A stretch of DNA of 64,000 nt, from NCBI GenBank assembly GCA_965199825.1, contig OZ241329.1, positions 224,001 through 288,000 on the forward strand. Direction: 5' to 3'. The notes below the pieces were generated by a model that searched no databases, had not been told where the DNA came from, and was given only the letters and a program-made list of their open reading frames with translations. This document shows, one piece after another, positions 1-10,543 of this stretch. The translations under genes were made by a program, and so were the position numbers. The DNA comes from Bdellovibrionales bacterium (GTDB lineage: Bacteria; Bdellovibrionota; Bdellovibrionia; Bdellovibrionales; UBA1609). Position 1 is the first letter of the stretch. Every line of letters starts with the position of its first letter.

Positions 1-787
1 GTGCGCCACTTGCTGCACTCAATACTTGAGTGGTTGATCCATTAAAATATTTTACTGTTCCTGAGGTTGAATCAAACCAAACACTTCCCGCAAGCGGCGA
101 AGCCGGTGGAGTCGAAGTTGAAAAACTGGGAAGCGATGCTCCACTTGATGTGGTCGACGTAACATAGTTCCCACCACCCGCAAGAAGCGAGGTCAGTTTT
201 GGATAATTGGTATTTGAAAATACCGAAGATAAACTCGATTGATTGAGCTGTGTTGATGAATCGGCTTGAAGAATATTTCCTGTGGTGATGCCATTTAAAC
301 TTTCGGCCACCACTGCGGAAGGAACCGAATTTAATTTCATGTCGGGCGCAAGTGTTACTTGCACATTGGTTGTAGATGGAAGAACTACCACGCGGAGAAA
401 TCTTTGGTCTCCCGCTACGGGCACATAACTGCAAGCTCCACCATTTGTGACTGAACGACCATTGATCGAAGCTAAATTTTGAAATACACCAGCCATATAA
501 TTGCCGGAGTCGATGCTCGATCGTTTTGAATCTGTGGTGGCCGAACCTACCGAAATATTAAAATATCCATTGCTTGCACTGGTGCTGACGTTTTGGGTTT
601 CTTCATAAAGTATACAATTTTTGTTTGGATCAAGAATTTGCAGGCGAAGATTTATCGAATTATCTAATAAAGGACTTGATCCGGCCGAAGAATTATATAA
701 TCGTCCATCAAGTGTAAAACCCTGCGGGCCCTCACTTAAACTAAATGAGTTTATACAATAAAATATGATAAGAATAAGACGTGTCAC
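1..787 (-). CDS. 5' part of a third giant fibre/adhesin paralog (runs off the left edge of the window)
   Basis: Not in the ORF track. Manual translation from GTG at 787 gives MTRLILIIFYCINSFSLSEGPQGFTLDGRLYNSSAGSSPLLDNSINLRLQILDPNKNCILYEE..., closely matching the N-termini of the two neighbouring giant ORFs. Confidence 0.9.
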   Translation of the reverse strand, partial: MTRLILIIFYCINSFSLSEGPQGFTLDGRLYNSSAGSSPLLDNSINLRLQILDPNKNCILYEETQNVSTSASNGYFNISVGSATTDSKRSSIDSGNYMAGVFQNLASINGRSVTNGGACSYVPVAGDQRFLRVVVLPSTTNVQVTLAPDMKLNSVPSAVVAESLNGITTGNILQADSSTQLNQSSLSSVFSNTNYPKLTSLLAGGGNYVTSTTSSGASLPSFSTSTPPASPLAGSVWFDSTSGTVKYFNGSTTQVLSAASGA

Positions 788-794
788 GTCTAAC

Positions 795-821
795 TTATCG
801 ACAATTTATGGATATTATTGA
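795..821 (-). promoter_or_regulatory. Putative sigma-28 (FliA)-type promoter, TCAA-N15-GTCGATAA
   Basis: Resembles the TAAA-N15-GCCGATAA consensus. The GTCGATA box recurs just before all three fibre genes. Confidence 0.45.
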
Positions 822-890
822 GCAGTTCAGTTCGAACTCGTGGAAACACGTCCAAAGGTCTTGATACGACAAGACGATGGTCAAGCCGAT

Positions 891-1595
891 TTATTTTGAA
901 CGAAACGAAGCCATGACCATGTCATAACAACTTGCGGGCGAAAACGTATTGGCAATCGTTGTCGCACCCGTGTTGTTCTGAATTTTATATTCAACAGCAT
1001 TTCCGTTTTGTGTCGATGCTGAAATAAAGGGTCCACTCGGGGTCGCAGTTTGAAATGCGATGATGTACGAAAATATCATCGCTTTATTATTATTCACAAC
1101 TAAAGTTGGGGAAAATGAACTCACATCCGGCCCACTAGTTGAAGTGCCCGAATTATCCAGCTGTGTGCTGACCAATGGATTTTTAAATTCGTGACACGAA
1201 ATTTCTCGGTGGGTGTTACTTCCACTCATTGTCATTGTGGTTTTGAAAGTCGAGCCACCCGTCGTGACCTTGGTATAATAAATCGCCATGTTTGTGGCCG
1301 AATCGCATTGCTTACTTGCACCAGGAAAGTTGACCGCTTGAGTGTAGGTGTTCGAGCCCGTATCAGTGACACTGCTTAATGTTTTTGAGTTGTCATAAAG
1401 AATCGCACACACAATTAAATTACCCGCAACAACTGTAGAACTAAACGCAGTCGTCACAAGTGTGCTTCCGCTTGCGGTTGAATAAGCCTCTGCTTTTTGA
1501 AAGTATGTCATTTGAGGCGATGTGCGCTTCCACATTGCTGCGGGAATGACGCCCGCTTGAGCAGCAAAAAATATAAATAAGAATGGTACCATCAC
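891..1595 (-). CDS. Secreted Ser/Thr-rich beta-strand protein, probable partner of the upstream fibre protein
   Basis: 234 aa, signal peptide ending AQA. Starts 7 bp after the stop of the 1603 gene, with a GGGAG SD. Confidence 0.8.
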   Translation of the reverse strand: MMVPFLFIFFAAQAGVIPAAMWKRTSPQMTYFQKAEAYSTASGSTLVTTAFSSTVVAGNLIVCAILYDNSKTLSSVTDTGSNTYTQAVNFPGASKQCDSATNMAIYYTKVTTGGSTFKTTMTMSGSNTHREISCHEFKNPLVSTQLDNSGTSTSGPDVSSFSPTLVVNNNKAMIFSYIIAFQTATPSGPFISASTQNGNAVEYKIQNNTGATTIANTFSPASCYDMVMASFRSK

Positions 1596-1602
1596 ACTCC
1601 CC

Positions 1603-4600
1603 TTACAGACCTGTTACCCATGACACATACAAGTCTGTGCCCATAACAAGGAAGGTGTAAAGCGTATGTTTCGATGCTGTGGTCGCTCCATGATCAGGCG
1701 GCATATGAACTGTCAATGCAGTCGTGCCCGCATCGCTGTAAGCCAAAAATGAACATGTGCCCGATGTTGCCGACTTCACCGCAAAAGAATAAGCGCCGCC
1801 GTCTTTTAAATTATTTAATTTAAAGTTCGAAGCACACGTTGCGGTAGTAAATTGCAAATTGCCGGTTGAGAAATCGACTGCTGTGGTAGTGGGTGCACCC
1901 CATGAAGAGGCAGGACCATTGATCGATGCGCCTGCAACCTCTAACGCTGCACGAGGAGTTGTTGTGCCGATGCCGACATTCCCGCCACTCGTGATTCGCA
2001 TCCGACCCGTCGACCCAGTTTCAAAAGAAAGATCTTGTGATCCACCTGTACCGATACGACCCAAGGGTGTGGTGTCGTATTCAATATAAACATAATCACC
2101 ACTACCGGAGTTAGGCCCGAATAAAGAGCCCGAGTTTGAGTTGGTGAAGAATCCGTTTGTGCCTCTGATGTTTCCTGCGACGTCCAGTTTTTGTCCCGGC
2201 GTCGTCGTACCGATCCCGACATTTCCAGAGCTTAGAATCCGCACTTTCTCCGTACCAGCGGTAGCAAAACCAAGAATTTGAGTTCCGCCCAAGAACATCC
2301 CGGTGTCACCACCGTTTGTAAATGTGAACGAAGGTGCAGCAGCAGACCCGTTTTTACCAAGGATTGCCGCTGAGCTTTGTATATCGCCTGTGACATCAAG
2401 TTGGACAGCTGGGTTGGTTGTCCCAATACCAACTTTCCCGCTCTGATCAATTCTAAATCGCTCGGTGACGGCACCCGCACCATTGGCGGTTGTTGAGAGT
2501 GCGATGTAGGATCCATGAGCGGTGCTTGACCAATTTTGAGTTGCTCCAAATATGACATTTGTACCCACGTTATTGGCTTGACCACCACCCGTTGAACCCG
2601 ATCCATAAATTTCACCAAGAATGTCTCCGCTTTGAATAGCTGAAGTTGGACCAACGAAAGTGCCTCGTAGATTAAGTAAATTGAGTACCGGATATCCAGA
2701 AGCGGCAGAGCCCATGTAGTTGACAGCTGCCAACGATGGATTTTGCGAACTTGATGAATCACGATTCATAACTGCCATCACTGGCGATGCATTAGTGGCG
2801 TCGACATCTAAAAGATAATTAGGAGCGGTGGTTCCAATTCCAACATTGCCGCTTGCCGTAACTCTCATGGCTTCTACGCCATTCGTAGATAAACCAACTG
2901 TGTTTGCAGCTGGCGAAAACATTCCAGTATTTGTATTTCCCGAAAACGCATACCCAGGAGCCGCCGCAGTTCCTGCAGCTGCAGGTAACCCACCACTAGC
3001 AGCAGACCATGATGGAATTCCACTTGCGAGAGTTAAAACTTGTCCGTTCGTGCCCGCGGGCAATCGTGAAAGTGCGGTGGTTGACGAAGCATAAAGTAAA
3101 TCGCCTACTGCATAATTGGTTTGACCTGTTCCGCCATTTGCCGCTGCAACTGAACCAGTGATTTGAGAAGCAGGCAGACTAATGTTTGCACACGACATCA
3201 CATCGCCCACTGAGTTGTAAGTCAGTGTTTGATTGCTGAGACATGACGATGCAAATTGATTTGTTCCAGTGATGGTTGAGCGCAAATCTGTAATCGCAAT
3301 AAAATTTGGAGTCCAAGCTGACCCGCTCCATCTGAGGGCTTGTCCAGCTGTCACAGGTGTGGTTGCGCTCACTGCTGAGCCTTGCAGTTTAGTGACAGTG
3401 AATGCGCCAGCATCGGTCATTGTTGCATCACCCGAAGGAGTCACAGCGGTTGCGACTCCGCCACTATTTCCAACATAGATTTTTCCATCAGCAAGAGCTG
3501 TGGACATTTTTCCGTTGAATGTTGTGTAGTCCGCATTCGAAAGGAGACCCGCAGTCACCGAGGCTGCTGAAGCTAGAGGAATATTTAATGTGTGAGTGCT
3601 TGTAGCTGATGAAAAGGCCGGAGCAGTTCCGGTTGTGCCGATTGCAAATGTTTGAGATGCCGTAGTTAATCCATTTAAACTTGAGATACCAGTTCCTGCA
3701 GGAGTCGACCACGCGAGCACGCCGCTGCCATTTGTGGTAAGCACTTGGTTAGCGCTACCATCGTTCGCAGGCAAGGTCCAAACGGTGCTGCCCGCTGCGG
3801 CTGCAGGTTGAAATCCTGTGTATCCACTGGTGGACCCCGACATACGGATTGCACCTTTGACGTCGAGTGTGGCGCCTGGGTTTGTGTTATTGATACCCAC
3901 GTTCCCAGCGGCCTGTATTGTTATTCTCTCAGCCGCATTTGTGAAGAGTCCCATTTCTAGTGCGCGTGGCTGTTGGATAAATGTAATCGAATTGCTTGGT
4001 GGAGCTGCACTACTCTGTACAGAATCGAATGCGAACCAGCCCGCATTCACGTCACCATGATAAACTTGAAGTTTGCCAGCAGGTGCCGTAGTCCCGATCC
4101 CAACATTTCCCGCGGGTGATGCAAGTGTGCCGTTCATCCCAGTGGCAAAAATCGCATTTCCAATATTTAAAAAATTATTTGTGGCCGCAGCTGGAGTGTC
4201 GACAGAATTGCTTGTACCAATCAAAATATTGTTGCTGCCTGTTTGCAATGTCTGTGAGCCGACACTATTTCCAACAGCAACGTTACTTGAACCTGTGCTA
4301 TTTTTTGATAATGCAAAATAACCGAGTGAAGTATTGTTATTTCCAGAGGTTGTCCCATACTGTGCCTGCCAACCAAAAGCGGTATTACTTGATCCGCCCG
4401 CATTTTGAATCAGAGCCTGAGCCCCTGTTGCTGTGTTGTAGTTTCCGGCTTGATTCAATTGTAGAGCTTGATATCCGAGAGCGGTGTTATTGCTCCCACC
4501 TGTGTCTTGCTGAATAGCTTCAAAACCGATCGCAGTATTTGAGACGGCAGCCGTCGTCATCGATCCACTTGCTAAAGTAAAATAACCAACTGCAGTATTT

Positions 4601-7600
4601 CCATAGGCTGCGGAGGAGGGTTGGTTACCCAATGCGCCTGCACCTATTGCGATACTTGCACCTGCACCATTTGAATCACTTGATGGAAACGAAATCCCAT
4701 TTAAACCGGCAATATTTATCGCGCCATTCACATCCAAAGTTGCCGATGGATTTGTAGTTCCAATTCCAACCTTACCACTAGGCAGGATGCGCATTGCTTC
4801 AACACCATTTGTTGATAAACCTAATGTGTTTGTAGCAGCATCGAACATTCCAGTGTTTGTGTTTCCAACAAAAGCATATCCCGGAGCCGTCGCCGTCCCT
4901 GCAGCTGCAGGTAATCCACCACTTGCAGAAGCCCATGATGGAAGTCCGCTGGCCAAGGTCAGCACTTGTCCATTCGTGCCCGCAGGCAATCTCGAAAGCG
5001 CAGTGGTTGATGAAGCATAAAGCACATCCCCAACCGCATAAGTTGTTTGACCTGTTCCACCATTTGCTGGCGTGACCGATCCAGTAATCTGCGATGAAGG
5101 TAGACTGATATTGGTGCACGACATGACGTCGCCTACAGAATTGTATGTTAGTGTCTGATTGCTCAAACAGGAATTTGCAAATTGGTTCGTGCCCGTCACT
5201 GTTGAACGAAGATCTGTCATTGCGATGAAACCTGGAGCCCATGCAGAGCCACTCCATCTTAAAGCTTGGCCCGCAGTTGATGGAGTTGTTGCACTCACGG
5301 CGCTGCCTTGTAATTTTGCGACTGTAAAAGCGCCGGTGTCGGTCATTGTTGCATCACCTGATGGTGTGACAGCTGTTGCGACACTTGATCCATTTCCAAC
5401 TAAGATTTTACCATCGGCTAGTGTTGCACTCTGTTTAGCTGCGAAATTTGTGTAGTCCGTATTGGAGAGGAGACCCGCAGTCACCGAAGCCGTTGCTGCT
5501 AATGGAATATTTAATGTGTGAGTACTTGTTGCAGATGTGAACGAAGGTGCAGTTCCAGATGTTCCGTTTGCAAAAGTTTGTGAATTTGATGTCAGACCAT
5601 TCAAGGAAGATATGCCAGTTCCTGCAGGTGTCGACCATGCAAGCACGCCACTGCCGTTTGTGGTGAGAACTTGATTGGCTGTACCATCGTTCGCAGGTAA
5701 AGTCCAAACTGTGCTGCCTGCTGCAGCTGCAGGTTGAAACCCTGTGTAGCCGCTGGTAGAACCCGACATGCGGATCGCACCTTTGACGTCGAGGGCAGCG
5801 CCAGGGTTTGTGTTATTGATACCCACATTTCCAGCGGCCTGTATCGTTATTCTCTCAGCCGCATTTGTGAATAAACCCATTTCTAATGGGCGTGGCTGTT
5901 GGATAAACGTAATTGAATTACTTGGTGGTGGAACACTATTTTGTACAGAATCAAATGCGAACCAACCCGCATTGACGTCGCCATTATAAACCTGAAGTTT
6001 GCCTATGGGCGCTGTTGTTCCGATTCCCACAGACCCTTGCAGATTTGCTAAAATAATATTTCCATTTGTACCAGTGCCGTTCTTAGCGCCACCGTTCAAA
6101 ACAATATTGCCACCAACGCCGTTGGGCAATCCACCGTTACCTGCAGTGACAGTGACAACTCCACCTTTAGCGTTGCCACCCGCATTACCCGCCGTAATAT
6201 TAATTGGGCCACCAGGATTCGCACCCCCACCACTCGCACTTGAGATATTGAGGCTGAGTGGAATTGCTGTATCTAACGATTTACCAGACGATATATTCAT
6301 ATTGGCGCCCGCTTTAAGCGTCATATCACCGTCGGGTGACTCAATATAAACCGTACCTGCAGTTTGTTGCCCAGAACCAGAAATTAAAGAGATTGATCCA
6401 CCAGCGTTCGGATTCCATCCATAACCGCCCTGAACTTTCAAAGCATATGAACCTGTGACCGAAGGATCAGCTTGTACAATATCGAGCAACGCTCCAGGAG
6501 TTGTCGTTCCAATTCCCACATCTCCGCTTGGAAGAATTCGCATGGCTTCTGCACCATTTGTCGAAAAACCTAATGTGTTTGTCGCTGCATCAAACATCCC
6601 TGTGTTTGTGTTGCCAACAAACGCATATCCTGGTGCTGCTGCTGTTCCGGCTGCTGCAGGAAGACCGCTCACTGATGCACTCCACGCAGGAATTCCGCTT
6701 GCAACTGTAAGAACTTGGCCATTCGTGCCCGCAGGCAATCGTGATAGTGCAGTTGTCGATGAAGCATAAAGCACATCACCAACAGCATAAGTTGTTTGGC
6801 CGGTTCCACCATTTGCAGGCGTAACAGATCCAGTAATTTGCGATGAAGGAAGACTGATGTTCGTACACGACATCACATCGCCCACCGAATTATAAGTCAG
6901 AGTTTGATTACTCAAACATGAATTTGAAAATTGATTTGTACCTGTCACAGTCGATCGCAAATCGGTCATGGCGATAAAGCCTGGAGACCATGCAGAGCCG
7001 CTCCATCTTAAAGCTTGTCCTGCAGTCGTTGGTGCAGTGGCACTGACGGCGCTGCCTTGGAGTTTTGCAACTGTAAATGCACCGGTATCGGCCATCGTGA
7101 CATCACCCGAGGGGGTCACGGCGGTTGCGACACTTGAGCCATTGCCGACTAAGATTTTTCCGTCAGCAAGTGTTGAACTTTGTTTTCCTGCAAAGTTTGT
7201 GTAGTCCGCATTTGAGAGGAGACCTGCAGTCACTGACGCTACCGATGCTAATGGAATATTTAATGTGTGAGTGATTGTCGCAGATGTGAACGCAGGTGCC
7301 GTTCCGGTCGTGCCCGTCGCAAAAGTTTGAGATGTTGCAGTTAAACCATTTAAGCTTGAGAGACCTGTGCCCGTTGGCGTTGACCAAGAAAGAATCCCGC
7401 TGCCATTTGTTGTTAATGTTTGATTGGCTGTACCATCGTTCGCAGGCAAAGTCCAAACTGTGCTGCCTGCTGCAGCTGCTGGTTGGAATCCTGTGTAGCC
7501 GCTGGTAGAACCCGACATGCGAATTGCACCTTTGACGTCGAGGGGGGCGCCAGGTGTGGTCGTGCCGATTCCCATTTGCCCAGAAGAATCAATAACCATA

Positions 7601-10356
7601 CGAGTGAGATTTGAGGTGCGATCGACGACGTAATATTTGTTCGCCACTCCGTAGGTTGCTTCAGCTGCGTTTCCGGCTCCTGCTTCCCATGCGCGTCCCG
7701 ATCCATAATAAAGAATGCCGGTCCGCCCAGTTCCGTCCTGTTCGGTGAGTCTAATTTGTGGTCCAACACCCGACGGCATATTCGCCGTGATCGCTTCCGT
7801 TCCAGATGAAGTCGAAGCGACAGTGAGAGCAAATCCCGGCGCCGTCGTTCCAATCCCAACATTCCCCGAAGCATCCACACGAATGCGCTCCACCCCGCCC
7901 GTACTCGCCGCAAGCGTCGAAGCCAGCGGCCTGAACCAACCCGTCCCGGTATCACCAGCAAAAGAATATGTCGGAGCCGCAGCAGTTCCTGCAGCAGAAG
8001 TCACAGATGCTCCGCCCGTCACGGGCGAAACCATTCCAGAACTTGATAAATTAAATATGTTTGTACCGCCGGCTGACACACCGATGACGTCATTAGATCC
8101 AGAATCATAAAAACCAGTATTGGGATCACCAGAGAAAGCTAGAGTTGGCGTGCTCGCTGAGCCTGCGCCTGCACCCACAGTGCTGTAACTTGCCGATCCA
8201 CCACTTAACGGAATCGCGGTGCGTGTGGTCCCAACAGTTAAATAATAATTTGTACCATCGTACTCAACCGCACCATCTTCGGCGGTGCCAAGCAAAGGAC
8301 CCGAAGTCATTTTGAGTGGTGCAGTTCCAGCAGCCGTCGTGCCCGCTTTCAATTGCAAAGCAGCCGAAGGATTTGTGGTGCCCACTCCCACTTTTCCAGA
8401 AGGAAGAACGGTAAGGCCTACAACATTGTTTGCTTTTAGCGAGAAACTTGTCGCATCGGTCGTGCCCACCGAAGCGTTACTTCCAAAGGCATTGCCACCA
8501 TTTTTAAAATAGGTAGTGTCGTAACCACCCGCGGGCAAATCACTCGAAGCCAAAGCACGAAATGTTGGAGCACCTGCTCCGCCCGTTGAAGGGCCCGCAA
8601 GGATCGCATTCTGAGCTTGCGATCCAAAGTTCGAAGCGCCAACAGAAATTGTGGCGCAAGAAAATGTATCGCTCACTGCTGAATACGTAAGAGTTTGTGA
8701 CGACGTGCAATTGGTCGGAAACATTTGGGCATTGCCGGCAAGCGAAGATCTTAAATCGGCAATACCTAAAAATGCAGGTGAATATTGTGTCGATCCATCA
8801 TAGCGCAACACTTGGCCCGCCGACGTCGGAGTGCTCGATGACACGGGTGTTGATTGAATTCCCGCCACTCGTGGTGCTGGATAATTTCCTGAAAGATCAC
8901 CACTTGCAGCGCCAGTGCTTCCTGTCGATGAAATCGTGATTGAGCCTGCTCCATTGGTAATCGCAACACCTGTTCCGGCTGTTAAACTTGCAGCCACAGG
9001 TGCAGCACCGGTGGATCCCACAAAAACTTGACCGTTCAACAAGGGTGCGGCTTCAACTATTGCACCACCAGTTGAGGTCATCAAACGATTATTATTTAGA
9101 GCCGCGGTCGAATTGGTTCCGCCATTTGCAACAGGCAATGTGCCTAATGCTAAAACTCCAGTGCCACTATTGTAAGATAAAGGTGCGGTTGCAGAAATCG
9201 CTGCACGCGCATTGGTATCACCATAAGGTGTGGTCCAAGACAAAACGCCTGCAGTGGTGCTTGTCAAAACTTGTCCGTTTGAAACAGGAGCAGCGGTTGG
9301 CCATGTTAAAGTGTACGAAGCAGAAACTGCCGAAGGCGCCTGAAGAGTTACTGAGTTTGAGGCGCCATCGCGAGCAACTATCGAACTTGTCGAAACACTG
9401 CTTGCCGAAAATCCACCAGATGAATCTCGCCGAACAATCATGCTGTTGGTGTTATTTGGTGTTGCTGAGTTCGCTAGCAATTCCGCCGCATGAACATTCG
9501 AAGCTGTGGATCCACCTACCGTTGCGACGGTCGTTGCGCCCAGAGTTCCTGTGACATCGCCAGACAAAGCTCCACTTGCTGTGCTGAGAGCTTGAGTGGT
9601 TGATCCATTAAAATATTTTACGGTTCCTGAGGTCGAATCAAACCAAACGCTTCCCGCAAGCGGCGATGCCGGCGGCGTGGACGTAGAAAAACTAGGAAGT
9701 GATGCTCCACTTGATGGGGTTGATGAAACATAGTTTCCACCACCCGCCAATAACGATGTGAGTTTTGGATAATTGGTATTCGAAAATACCGACGACAAAC
9801 TCGATTGATTGAGTTGGGTTGTCGAATCCGCCTGGAGAATATTTCCGGTAGTAATTCCATTTAAAGTTTCGGCGACTACTGCTGAAGGCACCGAATTTAA
9901 CTTCATATCGGGTGCAAGCGTCACCTGAACATTTGTGGTCGAAGGGAGAACGCTCACTCTTAAATATCGAGTATCACCAGGTTGTGGGGTGATGTTGCAG
10001 TTTTGCCCGTTGATGACGAGTCGTCCATTAATACTGGCAAGATTCTGATACACACCTGCCATCGAATTTCCGGTATCGACACTCGAGCGTTTGCCATCAG
10101 TGGTGGCCGATCCCACATTGATATTAAAATATCCATTGCTTGAGGCCGTGTTGATGACTTGAACTTCTTCATAGAGTATACAAGTTTTATTTATATCAAG
10201 AATTTGAATTCGTAAATTGACTGAGTTATCTAAAAGCGGATTTGAACCCGCCGAAGAGTTGTAGAGTCGACCGTCGAGTGTAAAGCTTTGCGGCGCTTCG
10301 CTCAATGCGAAAACCTGCCAACTTGAGAATAAAAGAGCTAAGATTATACGTGCCAC
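1603..10356 (-). CDS. Giant secreted tail-fibre-like adhesin (~2900 aa) without an S74 domain
   Basis: Signal peptide, many GxVGIGTTxP motifs, three internal ~350 aa repeats and an NTAxG beta-roll tract. Start placed at GTG 10356 by analogy with the paralogs (track start 10374). Confidence 0.9.
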   Translation of the reverse strand: MARIILALLFSSWQVFALSEAPQSFTLDGRLYNSSAGSNPLLDNSVNLRIQILDINKTCILYEEVQVINTASSNGYFNINVGSATTDGKRSSVDTGNSMAGVYQNLASINGRLVINGQNCNITPQPGDTRYLRVSVLPSTTNVQVTLAPDMKLNSVPSAVVAETLNGITTGNILQADSTTQLNQSSLSSVFSNTNYPKLTSLLAGGGNYVSSTPSSGASLPSFSTSTPPASPLAGSVWFDSTSGTVKYFNGSTTQALSTASGALSGDVTGTLGATTVATVGGSTASNVHAAELLANSATPNNTNSMIVRRDSSGGFSASSVSTSSIVARDGASNSVTLQAPSAVSASYTLTWPTAAPVSNGQVLTSTTAGVLSWTTPYGDTNARAAISATAPLSYNSGTGVLALGTLPVANGGTNSTAALNNNRLMTSTGGAIVEAAPLLNGQVFVGSTGAAPVAASLTAGTGVAITNGAGSITISSTGSTGAASGDLSGNYPAPRVAGIQSTPVSSSTPTSAGQVLRYDGSTQYSPAFLGIADLRSSLAGNAQMFPTNCTSSQTLTYSAVSDTFSCATISVGASNFGSQAQNAILAGPSTGGAGAPTFRALASSDLPAGGYDTTYFKNGGNAFGSNASVGTTDATSFSLKANNVVGLTVLPSGKVGVGTTNPSAALQLKAGTTAAGTAPLKMTSGPLLGTAEDGAVEYDGTNYYLTVGTTRTAIPLSGGSASYSTVGAGAGSASTPTLAFSGDPNTGFYDSGSNDVIGVSAGGTNIFNLSSSGMVSPVTGGASVTSAAGTAAAPTYSFAGDTGTGWFRPLASTLAASTGGVERIRVDASGNVGIGTTAPGFALTVASTSSGTEAITANMPSGVGPQIRLTEQDGTGRTGILYYGSGRAWEAGAGNAAEATYGVANKYYVVDRTSNLTRMVIDSSGQMGIGTTTPGAPLDVKGAIRMSGSTSGYTGFQPAAAAGSTVWTLPANDGTANQTLTTNGSGILSWSTPTGTGLSSLNGLTATSQTFATGTTGTAPAFTSATITHTLNIPLASVASVTAGLLSNADYTNFAGKQSSTLADGKILVGNGSSVATAVTPSGDVTMADTGAFTVAKLQGSAVSATAPTTAGQALRWSGSAWSPGFIAMTDLRSTVTGTNQFSNSCLSNQTLTYNSVGDVMSCTNISLPSSQITGSVTPANGGTGQTTYAVGDVLYASSTTALSRLPAGTNGQVLTVASGIPAWSASVSGLPAAAGTAAAPGYAFVGNTNTGMFDAATNTLGFSTNGAEAMRILPSGDVGIGTTTPGALLDIVQADPSVTGSYALKVQGGYGWNPNAGGSISLISGSGQQTAGTVYIESPDGDMTLKAGANMNISSGKSLDTAIPLSLNISSASGGGANPGGPINITAGNAGGNAKGGVVTVTAGNGGLPNGVGGNIVLNGGAKNGTGTNGNIILANLQGSVGIGTTAPIGKLQVYNGDVNAGWFAFDSVQNSVPPPSNSITFIQQPRPLEMGLFTNAAERITIQAAGNVGINNTNPGAALDVKGAIRMSGSTSGYTGFQPAAAAGSTVWTLPANDGTANQVLTTNGSGVLAWSTPAGTGISSLNGLTSNSQTFANGTSGTAPSFTSATSTHTLNIPLAATASVTAGLLSNTDYTNFAAKQSATLADGKILVGNGSSVATAVTPSGDATMTDTGAFTVAKLQGSAVSATTPSTAGQALRWSGSAWAPGFIAMTDLRSTVTGTNQFANSCLSNQTLTYNSVGDVMSCTNISLPSSQITGSVTPANGGTGQTTYAVGDVLYASSTTALSRLPAGTNGQVLTLASGLPSWASASGGLPAAAGTATAPGYAFVGNTNTGMFDAATNTLGLSTNGVEAMRILPSGKVGIGTTNPSATLDVNGAINIAGLNGISFPSSDSNGAGASIAIGAGALGNQPSSAAYGNTAVGYFTLASGSMTTAAVSNTAIGFEAIQQDTGGSNNTALGYQALQLNQAGNYNTATGAQALIQNAGGSSNTAFGWQAQYGTTSGNNNTSLGYFALSKNSTGSSNVAVGNSVGSQTLQTGSNNILIGTSNSVDTPAAATNNFLNIGNAIFATGMNGTLASPAGNVGIGTTAPAGKLQVYHGDVNAGWFAFDSVQSSAAPPSNSITFIQQPRALEMGLFTNAAERITIQAAGNVGINNTNPGATLDVKGAIRMSGSTSGYTGFQPAAAAGSTVWTLPANDGSANQVLTTNGSGVLAWSTPAGTGISSLNGLTTASQTFAIGTTGTAPAFSSATSTHTLNIPLASAASVTAGLLSNADYTTFNGKMSTALADGKIYVGNSGGVATAVTPSGDATMTDAGAFTVTKLQGSAVSATTPVTAGQALRWSGSAWTPNFIAITDLRSTITGTNQFASSCLSNQTLTYNSVGDVMSCANISLPASQITGSVAAANGGTGQTNYAVGDLLYASSTTALSRLPAGTNGQVLTLASGIPSWSAASGGLPAAAGTAAAPGYAFSGNTNTGMFSPAANTVGLSTNGVEAMRVTASGNVGIGTTAPNYLLDVDATNASPVMAVMNRDSSSSQNPSLAAVNYMGSAASGYPVLNLLNLRGTFVGPTSAIQSGDILGEIYGSGSTGGGQANNVGTNVIFGATQNWSSTAHGSYIALSTTANGAGAVTERFRIDQSGKVGIGTTNPAVQLDVTGDIQSSAAILGKNGSAAAPSFTFTNGGDTGMFLGGTQILGFATAGTEKVRILSSGNVGIGTTTPGQKLDVAGNIRGTNGFFTNSNSGSLFGPNSGSGDYVYIEYDTTPLGRIGTGGSQDLSFETGSTGRMRITSGGNVGIGTTTPRAALEVAGASINGPASSWGAPTTTAVDFSTGNLQFTTATCASNFKLNNLKDGGAYSFAVKSATSGTCSFLAYSDAGTTALTVHMPPDHGATTASKHTLYTFLVMGTDLYVSWVTGL
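2822..7555 (-). repeat. Three copies of an ~1.06 kb intragenic module (~2822-3880, ~4745-5806, ~6495-7555); fourth copy at ~11983-13045
   Basis: The near-identical peptide LDVKGAIRMSGSTSGYTGFQPAAAAGSTVWTLPANDG...PGYAFxGNxNTGMF...EAMR occurs four times, with high DNA similarity. Confidence 0.9.
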
Positions 10357-10543
10357 ATAATCATATCGACACAATTGGCCAACTTCATAAGTCTTGGTTT
10401 GAGACGAATCTGCGAGACAAAGGTCTATTTAAGGCAGTTGGTAAACATCAGCGGCGCGAGTAACTTGCGCGGTTGGCCACTGAGCCTGATATCGATGTAG
10501 AGATTCAACTTCCACGCTTACATCTTTACTAACCACAACTGGA

